64,000 nt of DNA from the human T2T-CHM13v2.0 reference genome, Homo sapiens: assembly GCF_009914755.1 (NCBI RefSeq), contig NC_060929.1; one strand, given 5' to 3'. Positions 1 through 14,640 of the stretch are shown here, one piece after another. Under the pieces are notes generated by a model. It had not been told where the DNA came from. It saw nothing but the letters and a program-made list of their open reading frames with translations, and made no database searches. A program made the position numbers and the translations under genes. Each line of letters begins with the position of its first letter. The first letter of the stretch is position 1.

Positions 1-56
1 AAGGCTACAGTGAGCTATGATTACACCACCGCACTCCAGCCTGTCTCAAAAAATAC
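1..56 (+). mobile_element. Alu 3' end fragment, cut by the window edge
   Basis: aaggctacagtgagctatgatt...gcactccagcctgtctcaaaaaa matches the Alu right-arm end and A-tail. Confidence 0.8.
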
Positions 57-59
57 AAA

Positions 60-2600
<2,541 letters not shown>

Positions 2601-4315
2601 TTTATCTAAGTTATTAGTGTATTCAGGAAATTGCCAGTATATCAGCATTTTGAGGAAATTAATAAAAATTTTAATCCTAGAACAAAACATTTTTTTCGCT
2701 GAATTGAGAGAAACTAAAGCTACCATTAGTATAGTTGCATAGTATTTCCTAATATTTCTAAATAATTCTATTTAAACAGCATTTCATTCTACTATATTTG
2801 TATTTCTTACCTTTAGGCCTATTTAATATAAATAAAAGAAAATGTCTCTTTAAGGCCACAGGAAGCTGTTGTGAAAAGAGGCAGTTTTTCCTTATGTGTC
2901 TGTGGAGTATTATACTTGAAAATTAAAATAATTGACCATATATCATGGTTTGTAATAAATCACTGAGTCATCTACAGTAATTCTATTACATTATTTTCAG
3001 TGAGCTAAATGAATTAAGATGACTTGTATTATTAAAAGGGTGTGATTTAGACACTACGCATAATAGAAGCTAATAAATTATATTAAAGACCTGCTTATTT
3101 GGTTTTATCTAGCAAAGACATATCTTCTACAAAGGCACTAAGTTTCATTTTCATGGATCTGCATATAGAGATCATTTTGAAATTTTTACAGTTTTTAAAG
3201 GAGCCCATTTAATATTTCATCTCTTGATTCATCATCTTAAAATCTTATACAAATCACACTCCAAATATATATTTGATTATGCAGTAGAATTAAAATAGTG
3301 ATCCAAATATTGGAGAATTATTCCCCATTCATTCTCCTCTTCCTCAAGCAGAAAATTAATGGTTATTGAAATGAAAAGCTTCAGTAATGGAAATATGACA
3401 ATTTTGAGTTTATAATACACATTTCTTATGGTTTTATTAAACATAGAAAGTCACAAAATAGTCGTTTAGTAAAGAAGACAATCAATAGATTAAAAGAGCA
3501 TCATGACCTTTAGTCATATATTGAAACAGATCATTATTTATTGCTCACTCTACTTTGTGTCAAATTATTATTTCAGTATAAGTTTGTTACTCTGTTTTAT
3601 GAATGTAAAAATACCTAGGGCATACTCAGTAAGTTGATAATTCTAATTTTATTCTACCTTCTAGGAAGTCATCATCTACTAGAATAAGATATAAATGTGC
3701 AGTCAAGTTAAATAAATAAAACTAAATATCTTAATTTGGCCTTTCTGCTAACATCCAGCTAAATGAGCAGGTGTGGAACAAAATAATGTATGATTGATAA
3801 TGCCTTTACCTGAAGTAATTATATAGATCTAATTTTCTAATGCTTAGCACAGTACTTTGTACATAATAGATGCTCAAGTATTTTTTAAAGGGTCTTTTTT
3901 ATTTTAGGATAGTTTTGGATTTATAGAAAAGCTTTGAAGATAGTACAGGGAGTTCCCAAATGCTCCACACGTAGTCTTCTGGATTGTTCATATCTTACAT
4001 TAGTATGATACATTTGTCACATTTTATGAACCAATATCAATACATTATTAATAGTATTTATACTGTATTCAGATTTATTTAGTTTTTACCTAATAAGTCT
4101 TTTTTTTGTTGTTTCAGAATCTCATCTAGGATACCACATTACAATTAGTTGTCATGTCTCATTAGGTTCCTCTTGGCTGTGACAGTTTCTCAGACTTTCT
4201 CTGTTTTTGATGACCTTGACAGTTTTGAGGAGTACTGGTTAGTTATTTTGTAAAAGGCCCCTCAACTGAGATTTGTCTGATGTTTTCCCCATGATTAGAC
4301 TGGGCTTATCGGTTG

Positions 4316-4938
4316 TGTCATGGGTTCCCAAAACTACTGTATTTGATGATTCACTAAGAGGACTCATAGAACTAAGCATGAATTCATACTTCCAGCTATG
4401 TTTTTTTTTAATTATACTTTAAGTTTTAGGGTACATGTGCACAATGTGCACGTTAGTTACATATGTATACATGTGCCATGTTGGTGTGCTGCACCCATTA
4501 ACTCATCTTACAACAAAAGGATATAAACCAACATCAGCAAAGGGAGGGGGTACATGGGGGTGAAATCTGGAGGAAACCAGGTGCAAGCTTCCAAGAGTTC
4601 TCGCCCCATGGAGTTACACAGAATGTGCTAAATTCCCTCAACAGTAAGTTATGACAACAGGTGTGAAATGCTGTGCACCAGGAAGGTCATTATAGACTCA
4701 GTAGCTAAGGTTTTTATTGGGAGCTGGTCACATAGGTACCCACTGTCTGACACATACCAAAATTCCAAACTTCTGGAAGGAAAACAGGTGTTAAGCATAA
4801 ATCACATTGTAGTTTGGGCACAGTGAGTCACTATTATCAATTAGGATGATGGGAGCTCTCCCAAAATTCAAGTTTCTGGATGACACAAGGGCCAGCCTTG
4901 TAAATGAAGACAAATATGCTATGTTATCTCTTCTCTGC
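4316..4938. mobile_element. MER21-like solo LTR
   Basis: Begins tgtcatgggttcccaaaactac...gatgattcactaagaggactca and contains ggaggaaaccaggtgcaagcttccaagag, as recalled for the MER21 family. Confidence 0.65.
4401..4507 (-). mobile_element. Very short L1PA 3' end fragment inserted in the LTR
   Basis: ttattatactttaagttttagggtacatgtgcacaatgtgca...cacccattaactcatc-type L1PA 3' terminus. Confidence 0.9.
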
Positions 4939-5087
4939 ACATGAGTTTCGGGGAGGAAGACTACAGAGATAAAATGCCATTCTTTATTAGAAGAATACAT
5001 ACTATCAACATGAGTTATCACTGTTGATGTTAACTTGAGAATGTTTTGTAACAGAGGAAAAATAATTGTCACACTTACATATCCCTT

Positions 5088-5535
5088 ACATTAGTTTTCT
5101 ATTGCTGCTATAACAAATCACTATAAACATTGGTTAAAATAACACAGTTTTATCATCTTATAGTTCTGAAGGTCACAAATCTGAAAATGGGCCTTGTGGG
5201 GCTGATATCAATATGTTGACAGGGTAGTATTTCTTCTGGAGGCTCTATAATAGAATCTGTTCCTTTCTTTTTCCAGCTTCTAGAGTCTACCCTCATTTCT
5301 TGGCTTGTGGCCCCCTTCCAGCCATATGGCATCACTACAACTCCTATTTTCTTTCATCACATCTTCTTTCTGACCCTTTAAGGACCCTTGTGATTACATT
5401 GGGTCTACCTGAATAATCCAAGGTAATTTTCCCATCTCAGGGTCCTTAACTTAATCATAGCTGCAAAGTCCCCTTTCCCATGTAAGGTAGTACATTCACA
5501 GGATCTTAGATTAGGACCTGGACATCTTTGGGGAG
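5088..5535 (-). mobile_element. MaLR MLT1 (C/D-like) solo LTR
   Basis: ttagttttctattgctgctataacaaat...aggacccttgtgattacattggg...attaggacctggacatctttgggg. Confidence 0.85.
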
Positions 5536-5579
5536 TCATTATTCTGCCTGCCTCACCTTTCTGGATGCCAGTTATTTTT

Positions 5580-5755
5580 CTGAGTGCATTATTTCATTTA
5601 ATTTGACACAATTTTAGAGATAATTTCTATTATTATCCCTATTTTATAGATGGAGAAACTGAGTCTCTGGTTAAATAACTTCCCTAGGCCTACAAACCTA
5701 GTATGTGATAATAGACCTGTGTCCCAAAGTTTGTGCCCTTAACCATTATTCCACA
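5580..5755. mobile_element. MIR SINE
   Basis: Core motif attattatccctattttatagatggagaaactgag. Confidence 0.75.
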
Positions 5756-6171
5756 GCCTTTCAAGAAAGAAAGTTTTTCTCCCACATATTTTATCTTTTT
5801 TTTTGATGATTCAGAAAACATTTTACTATCATATATCTTTATTCTTCATTCATCCTTTCCTTCATGTAACTAATGATCACTTGGTAGTTTACTCTTTGCC
5901 AGAAACTGTGTCAAGTATTGAGGATACAACAATGAATGAAATATCATCGCTTCCTGGAAATGGAAGTAGAGGGGGGGAGACACGTGAATTTCAGTAATCA
6001 TTTTCTTGGGTATTTGCAGAAATGCCATATTGTAGAGAATTTTGGACAGCAGTTTACTTAATATGGGATTGCTTTGGCCAAGACCTTGAGATGCAACTGC
6101 GAATTCTAAAGTAGTCACAAAGGAGCAAGCATGATTGGCTCTGTTAGATTTTCTTCAGTTGATCTAGGTTG

Positions 6172-6173
<2 letters not shown>

Positions 6174-6214
<41 letters not shown>
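6174..6214. repeat. (GT)n microsatellite
   Basis: About 20 GT units seen directly. Confidence 0.98.
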
Positions 6215-6217
<3 letters not shown>

Positions 6218-6840
6218 ATACATATTTATATCTCAAGTTATTCCAGGGTCAAAAACTATTGAAAGGAAGAGAGGTAAACAAAAGGAATTTAAAGAGGTTT
6301 AGACTTGAGTTGATAGAGTCCTTGACAAAGGATTTATTAACAGCAGCAAAGAAAATTCTGATGGATGTTATAGAGGGAAAGACAGCTGATTTCAGTGGTT
6401 GCCAGGCCAACAAAGGTAGATAAAGAACCATACTGGGAGAGAGAAAATATTTTGATCCTATGCTGTCCAACACCTAATATAGGCCCTGGCAGTAAAATGG
6501 TATAAATATTTATGTCCAAGTAATGTTTAGTTCATTTATATAGCTTTTCTTACCCTGCTATTGAGAGAATGAGAGTTTTGATTACGAGCAAGGGGGAAAG
6601 AGAATGGGAGGGAGAAGTTGTAGTGGTGAGGTGATGACAGCAGGTTAATATTTAATGAGCTTTATTGTATGCTAGGTACAGTGGGAGGTATTTTACTTGC
6701 ATTACCAGATTTACATGAGCTACTAGGTCACTGGAGTATAGGAAAGGTCTGAGAAAAGAGCACTGACGTCCTCAGGCACTGGGGGGAAATGTCAGTTGGG
6801 AGGTAGGAGAACAGCAAAGATGCATGCTGTCTTTCCCAAG

Positions 6841-7182
6841 TGCTGTGGTTTGAACATGTCACCTCCAAAATGCATATGTTGCCTATGTGATAGTATTCAC
6901 AGATGGGGCCTTTAAAGGATAATTAGGCCTGAGGACTCCTTCTTCATTAATGGAATTAAAGCCCTTTTGAAACAGGCTGTATACAGTGTTCGGCTAGCTT
7001 GCTCTCTTACCCTTCCACCTTCTGCCATGTGAGGATGCAGCAAGGAGGCCTTCACCACACCAAATGCTGGTCCCTTGACCTTGGGCTGCTGGCCTCCCAA
7101 ACTGTGAGAAAATCATTTTCTTGTCTCAATAAATTACCCAGTCTTGGGCATTCTGTTACTAGCAACCCAAAAGGAATAAGAT
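6841..7182 (+). mobile_element. MaLR MST-type solo LTR
   Basis: tgctgtggtttgaacatgtc...gccatgtgaggatgcagcaagga...aaattacccagtct...ttctgttactagcaac. Confidence 0.85.
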
Positions 7183-7398
7183 GCTAAGTTTTATGTAAAG
7201 CCAGCTTGTTAGGGGAAAAAATCAGAATCATCAGCTAGTCTCAGAGTAGTAACACACACAGAAAACTGGAACTAACCATTTTGGTCTGAGCTTAGTGCTA
7301 GCTGTGTTTGATGAATAGAACTAGGTGATGGCTTCAGCTCTTTTGGCCTTACGCATAGGAAAAACTATCTTTTTTTCATTCTAAATCTGCACATTTGG

Positions 7399-8260
7399 CC
7401 CGGCCGCCCCGTCTGGGAAGTGTGGAGCGCCTCTGCCCAGCCGCCCCGTCTGGGAAGTGAGGAGCGCCTCTGCCCGGCCGCCCTGTCTGGGAAGTGAGGA
7501 GCGCCTCTGCCTGGCCGCCCATCGTCTGGGATGTGAGGAGCGCCTCTGCCCAGCCGGCCATCGTCTGGGATGTGAGGAGTGCCTCTGCCTGGCCGCCCTC
7601 CGTCTGGGAGGTGAGGAGCGCCTCTGCCCGGCCGCCCTTCGTCTGGGAGGTGAGGAGCGCCTCTGCCTGGCTGCCCCGTCTGGGAGGAAGTGAGCGCCTC
7701 TGCCTAGCCGCCCTGTCTGGGAGGTGAGGAGCGTCTCTGCCCGGCCGCCCCGTCTGGGAAGTGAGGAGCGCCTCTGCCCGGCTGCCCCGTCTGGGAAGTG
7801 AGGAGCGCCTCTGCCTGGCCGCCCCGTCTGGGAAGTGAGGAGCGCCTCTGCCTGGCCACCCTTCGTCTGAGATGTGAGGAGCACCTCTGCCCAGCCTCCC
7901 TTTGGCTGGGAGGTGAGGAGTGCCTCTGCCCGGCCGCCCCGTCTGGGATGAAGCGAGCGCCTCTGCCCGGCCGCCCCGTCTGGGAAGTGAGGAGTGCCTC
8001 TGCCCGGCCACCCCATCTGGCCACCCCATCTGGGAAGTGAGGAGCGCCTCTGCCCGGCTGCCCCGTCTGGGAAGTGAGGAGCGCCTCTGCCCGGCCGCCC
8101 CTTCTGGGAAGTGAGGAGCGCCTCTGCCCGGCCGCCCCGTCTGGGAAGTGAGGAGCGCCTCTGCCTGGCCGCCCCATCTGGGAAGTGAGGAGCGCCTCTG
8201 CCTGGCTGCCCCATCTGGGAAGTGAGGAGTGCCTCTGCCCGGCTGCCCCATCTGGGAGGT
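7399..8260 (+). repeat. SVA VNTR, roughly 22 units of 37-40 bp
   Basis: Tandem GCCTCTGCCCGGCCGCCCCGTCTGGGAAGTGAGGAGC and variants. Confidence 0.95.
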
Positions 8261-8795
8261 GTACCCCACAGCTCCGAAGAGGCAGCGACCATCGAGAACG
8301 GGCCATGATGACAATGGCGGTTTTGTCGAAAAGAAAAGGGGGAAATGTGGGGAAAAGAAAGATCAGATTGTTACTGTGTCTGTGTAGAAAGAAGTAGACA
8401 TAGGAGACTCCATTTTGTTCTGTACTAAGAAAAATTCTTCTGCCTTGGGATGCTGTTGATCTATAACCTTACCCCCAACCCCATGCTCTCTGAAACATGT
8501 GCTGTGTCAACTCAGGGTTAAATGGATTAAGGGCGGTGCAAGATGTGCTTTGTTAAACAGATGCTTGAAGGCAGCATGCTCGTTAAGAGTCATCACCACT
8601 CCCTAATCTCAAGTACCCAGGGACACAAACACTGCTGAAGGCCGCAGGGACCTCTGCCTAGGAAAACCAGAGACCTTTGTTCACGTGTTTATCTGCTGAC
8701 CTTCTCTCCATTATTATCCTATGACCCTGCCACATCCCCCTCTCTGAGAAACACCCAAGAATGATCAATAAATACTAAAAAAAAAAAAAGAAAAA
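7399..8795 (+). mobile_element. SVA retrotransposon, SVA_A-like, 5'-truncated within the VNTR
   Basis: GC-rich VNTR (7399-~8260), then HERV-K-derived SINE-R with old-subfamily sequence (cagctccgaagaggcagcgaccatcgagaacggg). AATAAA at 8767-8772, A-tail 8777-8795. No CCCTCT hexamer or Alu-like domain. Confidence 0.95.
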
Positions 8796-8857
8796 ATTTT
8801 TGTTGTTTTAAGCCACATTTGTGATATTTTGCTACAGCAGCCACAGCACAGATATAG
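8796..8857 (+). mobile_element. MLT1 LTR 3' end at the start of the transduced segment
   Basis: ttgttgttttaagccacatttgtgatattttgctacagcagccacag resembles the MLT1 U5 terminus. Confidence 0.7.
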
Positions 8858-9941
8858 CTGGTAACAGAGTTCTTTAGCCTCCAAAATACAAGCCTGGGGT
8901 AAATAACTATTGAATTTGGCCACATGGAAATCAGGAAGAATGTAATAAGCATCATCGATGGATGGGATGACCTGGGAGATCGTGGCAAGTTTAAAGCTAA
9001 TTGGAAGTTGGCAACCAAAAAGTCCTGTCTTGCAAATTGCCAGGAAATTGCCAAGAAAACCTTTAGAAAACATGATTAAAGATGGAGAAACCCGGCTGAC
9101 TCCCTGGTTTCTGAAGAGGTGCTTAGGCATTTAAATGAGACTGACGAGACTTCACACTGTACCCTTCAGAAGGGCAGACACTCACGAGATCGTCAACCAC
9201 GGCTCCCTCGCTGGGAGGCAGACACAGAGCTGGAGGCAGCGGCCACAAACTAGGTGGGCAGAGAGGCGTCAGCATCGGGACTTGCAGGAGGCCCTGGGAA
9301 GGAACAGGCAGCGGTGGGGCCTGGACAGCCTTGGGGAAAGGAAGTTACTTGGAGGAGACCAGGGGCTTGCATTTGGGCCAAAACCAAGGACGAGATCAGC
9401 TGGTCCCAGGGAACTCTGGAGCCCAGCACCCCACCATGGGTGCAGGGGCCTGACAACCCAACAGAAGGCTGTGGGTACCGGGCACCAGCCTGTGGGGGGT
9501 CTGAAGGCTGCTGCCCAGCCACACATGTCCTGGTCCCGAACAAAGGGTTCAAGAGGCACCTGGAGCCCCGCCCTCCTCAGAGCAGCCTCTTAGCCTCAGC
9601 TGGTTGTTGGCCTTTGGTCACCCCACATGCCCTGACAGTGGGGCCTGGCCTCAGAAAGGGGCCCCTCCATTTGTACTTTCTATCTGATCCTTGACACAGT
9701 GCTAACACCAAAGACCAAACCCGAATCTTGGTTCACATACTCTGCAAAGAAATGACTAAGACTAGTTCTTCTGGAGGTCAGTTTTAGAACATGTTTATTC
9801 TAACTTAATTCTGCCTTATCTCTGTGCACCAAGAAAACTATCTGCACATGTGTAGTAAAATGTGAAGGTACCTTCATTTTGTTTGTACACTAAACTTTTA
9901 AGAAATATCTCACTTTTAAAATAAATAAATAAATAAAAAAT
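8796..9941 (+). other. 3'-transduced sequence (~1.1 kb) carried by the SVA, ending in a second (AAAT)n/A tail
   Basis: Lies inside the TSD aaatctgcacatttgg (7383-7398 and 9942-9957). Tail aaaataaataaataaataaaaaat at ~9918-9941. Confidence 0.9.
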
Positions 9942-10342
9942 AAATCTGCACATTTGGTTTTATTTACCATGTCAACCAAGATGTACACTGCCAACCTGTT
10001 TTTCTCTCTCATTGCTCCATGTCTGCCCTTACCCATTTTTAAAACCATAGTCACTTGCTGGTAGTGCTTCCTTGTCCTGCCTTGTCCCATGTGGAGATGC
10101 AAATCTCACCTACTCCTCTCACGTGTGGAGACCTTACAATATCAGCCTCCATGTGCCCCCAAACTTGGGAGGTACCTGGAATCCTCTCCTTGGCTCAGCA
10201 TACCAACTGTAATTATCACCTGGGATTCCTTTTTACAAAGTAATATTTTAAAGTTAATATTTAATCTTAGAAGCAATATAATAGTGTCAGAGGGCTGAAA
10301 ACTGAAAATATATGTAAGCATCAATCATTAGGAGGCCAAATT

Positions 10343-10663
<321 letters not shown>

Positions 10664-11026
10664 CTATGAAGGGGAAGGAGAATGTAATCTGGAATGCTAT
10701 TAATTATGTTTTATTTCTTAAGCTGGGCAGTATTATCACAGATGTTATTTTCTGTTCTATTTTATGTCTCCAGTATTTTGTAAAACGTTAAAAAAATCAT
10801 TATAAGTCATTACCCTAATATTATACCCTTTTTATTCATTTCTTGGTGCAGAAGCTTAGATCACTCACCTTTGTTCTCCTTGTAAAGCCAGAGGGAAAAT
10901 CTCCAACAGACCATATAGCCAAGTATTATTTTACCTAAGAGGCCCAATTTCAAAATAATGCTTTTAAGATAATCTATCAGAATAAAAATTGAATGATAAT
11001 CCATGACCAAAACTTTCTATTACTGC

Positions 11027-11335
11027 TTTTTTTTTTTTTTTTTTTTTTTTGAGACAAGGTCTCACTCTGTCACCCAGGTTGGAGTGCAGTGGCGTGATCT
11101 CGGCTCACTGCAACTTCTGCCTCCTTAGCTCAAGTGATCCTCTCACCTCAGCCCCCCAAGTAGGTGCAACTACAGGCACACATCACCAAGCCCAGCTAAG
11201 TTATTGTGTATTTTTTGTAGAGATGCGGTCTCACTATATTGCCCAGGCTGGTCTTGAATTCCTGGACTCAAGTGACTCAGCCACCTCAGCCTCCCAAAGT
11301 GCTGGGATTACAGGCTTGAGGCACTGCACCTGGCC
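11027..11335 (-). mobile_element. AluJ
   Basis: Antisense dimer with long T tract, flanked by aaaactttcta repeats. Confidence 0.92.
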
Positions 11336-11469
11336 TAAAACTTTCTACTAAAAAATAATTACATATCTGTGCTGTCCTGAAATATGCTATTTAGCTCTTA
11401 AATTCTGTACTTTTGTGACCCTCTCTGAAGTGCTGGTTTATTAACGGTGAAATGGATCATCTTGTTTTT

Positions 11470-11487
11470 CAACACTAGAGGGCACCA
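11470..11487 (+). promoter_or_regulatory. Candidate CTCF-binding motif
   Basis: caacactagagggcacca versus the core CCASYAGRKGGCRS, with one mismatch at the first C. Confidence 0.4.
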
Positions 11488-12336
11488 AATTCTCTTCTAG
11501 AGCAAAACAATCAATGTTTTCCACCAAAGAACTTCATTTACTAGGGTAGAATATGGATTGGTATATTTTCAGTCGTTTGATAACCAAAAACGTAAGAGAT
11601 TTTGTGCTTTATGATAAAGGGTTTAGAGAATCATAGTAAGGCTTTCTCTTGCTATGAATCTGTCTCTAGCTAAGAATCTGTCAATGCTTTTGCTAAACTG
11701 CTTTTCAGGAACATTTATTGTATGTTTGTCCAGAGGGAATAAAACAGCTACTCTGGGTTAATGCTTGGGATAACTTATTTTTAAGGGTTAGGGTTAGACA
11801 CATCGTTTATTCTGGTTTTAAGTTTCAGGTAGCATGTGCAGTTTTCTGAAAATAGGCATTTCCCCTAAATTCAGGATAAAATCAATAGCCGGTATTGTGC
11901 TTCAGTGTGAATTGGGGTGCTGGTAGAGAGGAGTGAAATGATGTTAGCTAGTAGGTTACAGTGAGCCATTCATATACATTGATGTTTAGCAGAGTTTCTT
12001 AACTTGGGTTTGATAAATCATCCTTTTATTCTTCAATAAAAGTGATTGGAACAAGGTCACACCAGTCAATGACTTCTTGTCACTAATTATACCTTTTTTT
12101 GTCCAATTAAAACATTTAAAGATATTTTTGCATTGTACATTAAATTATTTCTGGTTGCTGAATTTTTCTCCTTTTATCTCTAGCCACAACAATGGGTAGT
12201 CTATTTAGGTTGTCTAATCTGTAGGAAATACAAATGAGGCAACTTCTATAAAGCAGCAGCATAATCCAGTGAGATAAATGCCAAGCATGTATTTTAAGGA
12301 AATGAAGGTACTAGCACTCTCTGTGTACTTTGATAC

Positions 12337-12835
12337 TATGTTCATTTGCTATTGCCACTGTCACAAATTACCACAAATTAAGTTGTTTAAAACACACACA
12401 TTTATTACAGTTCTGTAGGTAAGAAGTTGGAAATGGTTGTCATTGGACTAAAATCAAGGTGTTAGCAGGATTGCATTTCTTTCTGCAGGCTCCAGGGGAG
12501 AGTCTGTTTTCTTGCCTTTTCTGGCATCTAGAGTCTGAACCTTGGCTCATACAAAACTTCCATATTCAAAGCCAGCAGTAGCTGGTTGCATCTTTCTCAC
12601 AATGTCATCTCTTTGTTTCTGACTCTTGTGTCTTCTTTTTCCTCATTTAAGGACCCTGTGATTACACTTGGACCCACCCACTTCAATCATGATAATCTCC
12701 TTATTTTAATGTCAACTAGTTAGCAGCCTTAATTCCATTTGCAATCTTAATTCCCCACTGCCATTTACAGGTTCCAGAGATTAGGATGTGGGCCTCTTTG
12801 AAGTGGGGAGGGAAATATTATTCTGCTTACCACAG
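12337..12835 (-). mobile_element. MaLR MLT1D-like solo LTR
   Basis: ctattgccactgtcacaaattaccacaaa...aaaatcaaggtgttagcagg...aaggaccctgtgattacac...attctgcttaccaca. Confidence 0.85.
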
Positions 12836-14384
12836 ATAGTTTTGGTGGAATTCTTGAGTCAGGCCAACCTTGAAAGAGAAGAGGTAGCTACTATTTACAG
12901 GTCTTGACAGCTTCTAGAAAAATTAGTGTTTTCTCTAACTTTCTTTGGAATTTCCACATTATTCACTTCTCTAGTTTTTCTTGGGGTTCTGAAAGTGAGT
13001 ATGGGTTCTAGGAGGTATAATTCATTAATTATGTATCCACCATTAGTATCATAATTTGACATAAATGATCAGATTGGTCCATTGGGTCTTGCCTAAGTAG
13101 CATAAAGGGCAATTAAGTTTAGATGGCAGAGCTGGATCAAGAAAGGTAAAAGGCACAAGGCATTGTTTGAAAAGGTTCAGTGGGCTCTGAAAAGAGAAAG
13201 CTGCATGAAAGCAAGGGCTGCTTAGGTAAAAGGTATGGCACTAAAGATAATATTGACCTACCTCACAGTGTTGCCTGGAGCCAATCTGAGTAAAGAAACA
13301 TTAGACAATAAATCACATCTTCTTGGTACATAAATAACACATATGTAGCACAAAGCTATGCCAAGATCTTCAGACTGCTAGGGTCCATTTCAGTCCATAG
13401 AAATAATGGCATTCACAGACTAGAGGTTTATTAATGACAAAGACAATAGATTTCATTTGGGATGCCTGTGTGTGTGAGGTTTTTACACTTACTAATGAGC
13501 AAAGTGCCCTGAAAATCCAGTTTTCCTCATGTTATTTTGAATAAACTAAGTATATGTGCCACACACTCTTTATTTATCCTCAAATGGTGCAAATTTAATG
13601 AAAACTGGATGCCACAAACTTGCTGAGTTTGATAAGGAAGAGTTGTGCTCTCTTTCGGTTAATTCGTTAGTTATATAGGTCCCAAATCATTATGCGAAAT
13701 ATTGAAGCCAGAAGTTTGAGTTAGCCTTTAAACTTTAATCAGTAATAGTTTGGGGAATAGTGTATGTTGTGACATGTTTAAGATTCTCTTCTTACTCAGA
13801 AGCTAATTGCTGAATTTTGCTGTACCAGCAATCTCTGGAGAATTCTGTGCCATCTCCTTGATGCAGTGCTATCATCTCACTTATATTAGGTGAATGCGTT
13901 TATTATTGGGGTTAAGCTTAAGGAAGAAAGAAAATAAAGCAGTGTTCCAGAGCAAAAAGCTTTTGCAGCCACTACAGATATTTATGAGTCAAAGAGTAGT
14001 GCTCCCCTTAGCACACTTGAAATTATAGGAAAATGTTCCTTTATTTTAAGTGACCAGTCTTTGTGTTAGGCTATTTTGCTTTTTAGTAACACTTAGATTT
14101 TATTACAGTTTGGGACTACACACTTGAGAAGTCAAAAGTCTTTGACTGCTTGATTGGCACCTAATAGTAACTGTTGTCATACTAAGTGCCAGACGTTTCC
14201 TGTCTATTAGATAGTAATAAATACTGAGAATGTAATGGCTTCACCTTTATAAGGGTCGCAGAGCATAAGGGTTTATATTTCTAGCCTTTTGAAAGAGATT
14301 TACCTTAGGAACATATTTAGGGAAGAGATGGATATTTTAATCTCTTTGGATTGGTTTCTTTATGCCTTAAAGGAATGTGTAGTG

Positions 14385-14640
14385 CAGTGGTTCTCAAATG
14401 TTCATCTGTGGACCAGCTGCATCAGAATCACTAGGGGAGTTTTTTTACAATTTCTGCAGACATTGTAAGTGTTATAAGTCTGGGATAGGCCCCAGACAGT
14501 TTTTTTGTTTGTTTGATTCAAGGCTGGAGTGTAGTGGTGTGATCAGAGCTCACTGCAGCCTTGAACTCCTGGACTCAAGTGACCAGACAATTTGTATAAG
14601 CACGCTGGTTAATCCAAGTGTGTAGCCAGGCTTGGTAACT
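14385..14640. mobile_element. MER5A-like hAT-Charlie MITE with a short antisense Alu fragment inserted at ~14500-14582
   Basis: cagtggttctcaaa...gcatcagaatcact. The Alu piece aggctggagtgtagtgg...ctcaagtga is flanked by ccagaca repeats. Confidence 0.7.

Larger units (their letters stand above)
3890..5040 (-). mobile_element. Old L1M (L1MC/MD-like) 3' UTR, split by a MER21-like LTR
   Basis: ttttggatttatagaaaag...atcttacattagtatgatacatttgtcac motif; the L1 resumes at ~4945 (ggggaggaagactacagagataaaatgccat). Confidence 0.65.

Noticed and set aside
6247-6415. Exon-like plus-strand ORF GQKLLKGREV...LKRFRLELIESL with AG/GT borders
   Set aside because: Purine-rich sequence gives protein-looking ORFs by chance. 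The donor is weak (gtagat), and the faint piggyBac-like phrase is too short to support a call.
7376-8314. Long 200-312 aa ORFs with repeating peptide units; array superficially like CRISPR
   Set aside because: These are translations of the stop-poor SVA VNTR. The units are contiguous with no unique spacers, and the DNA is primate.
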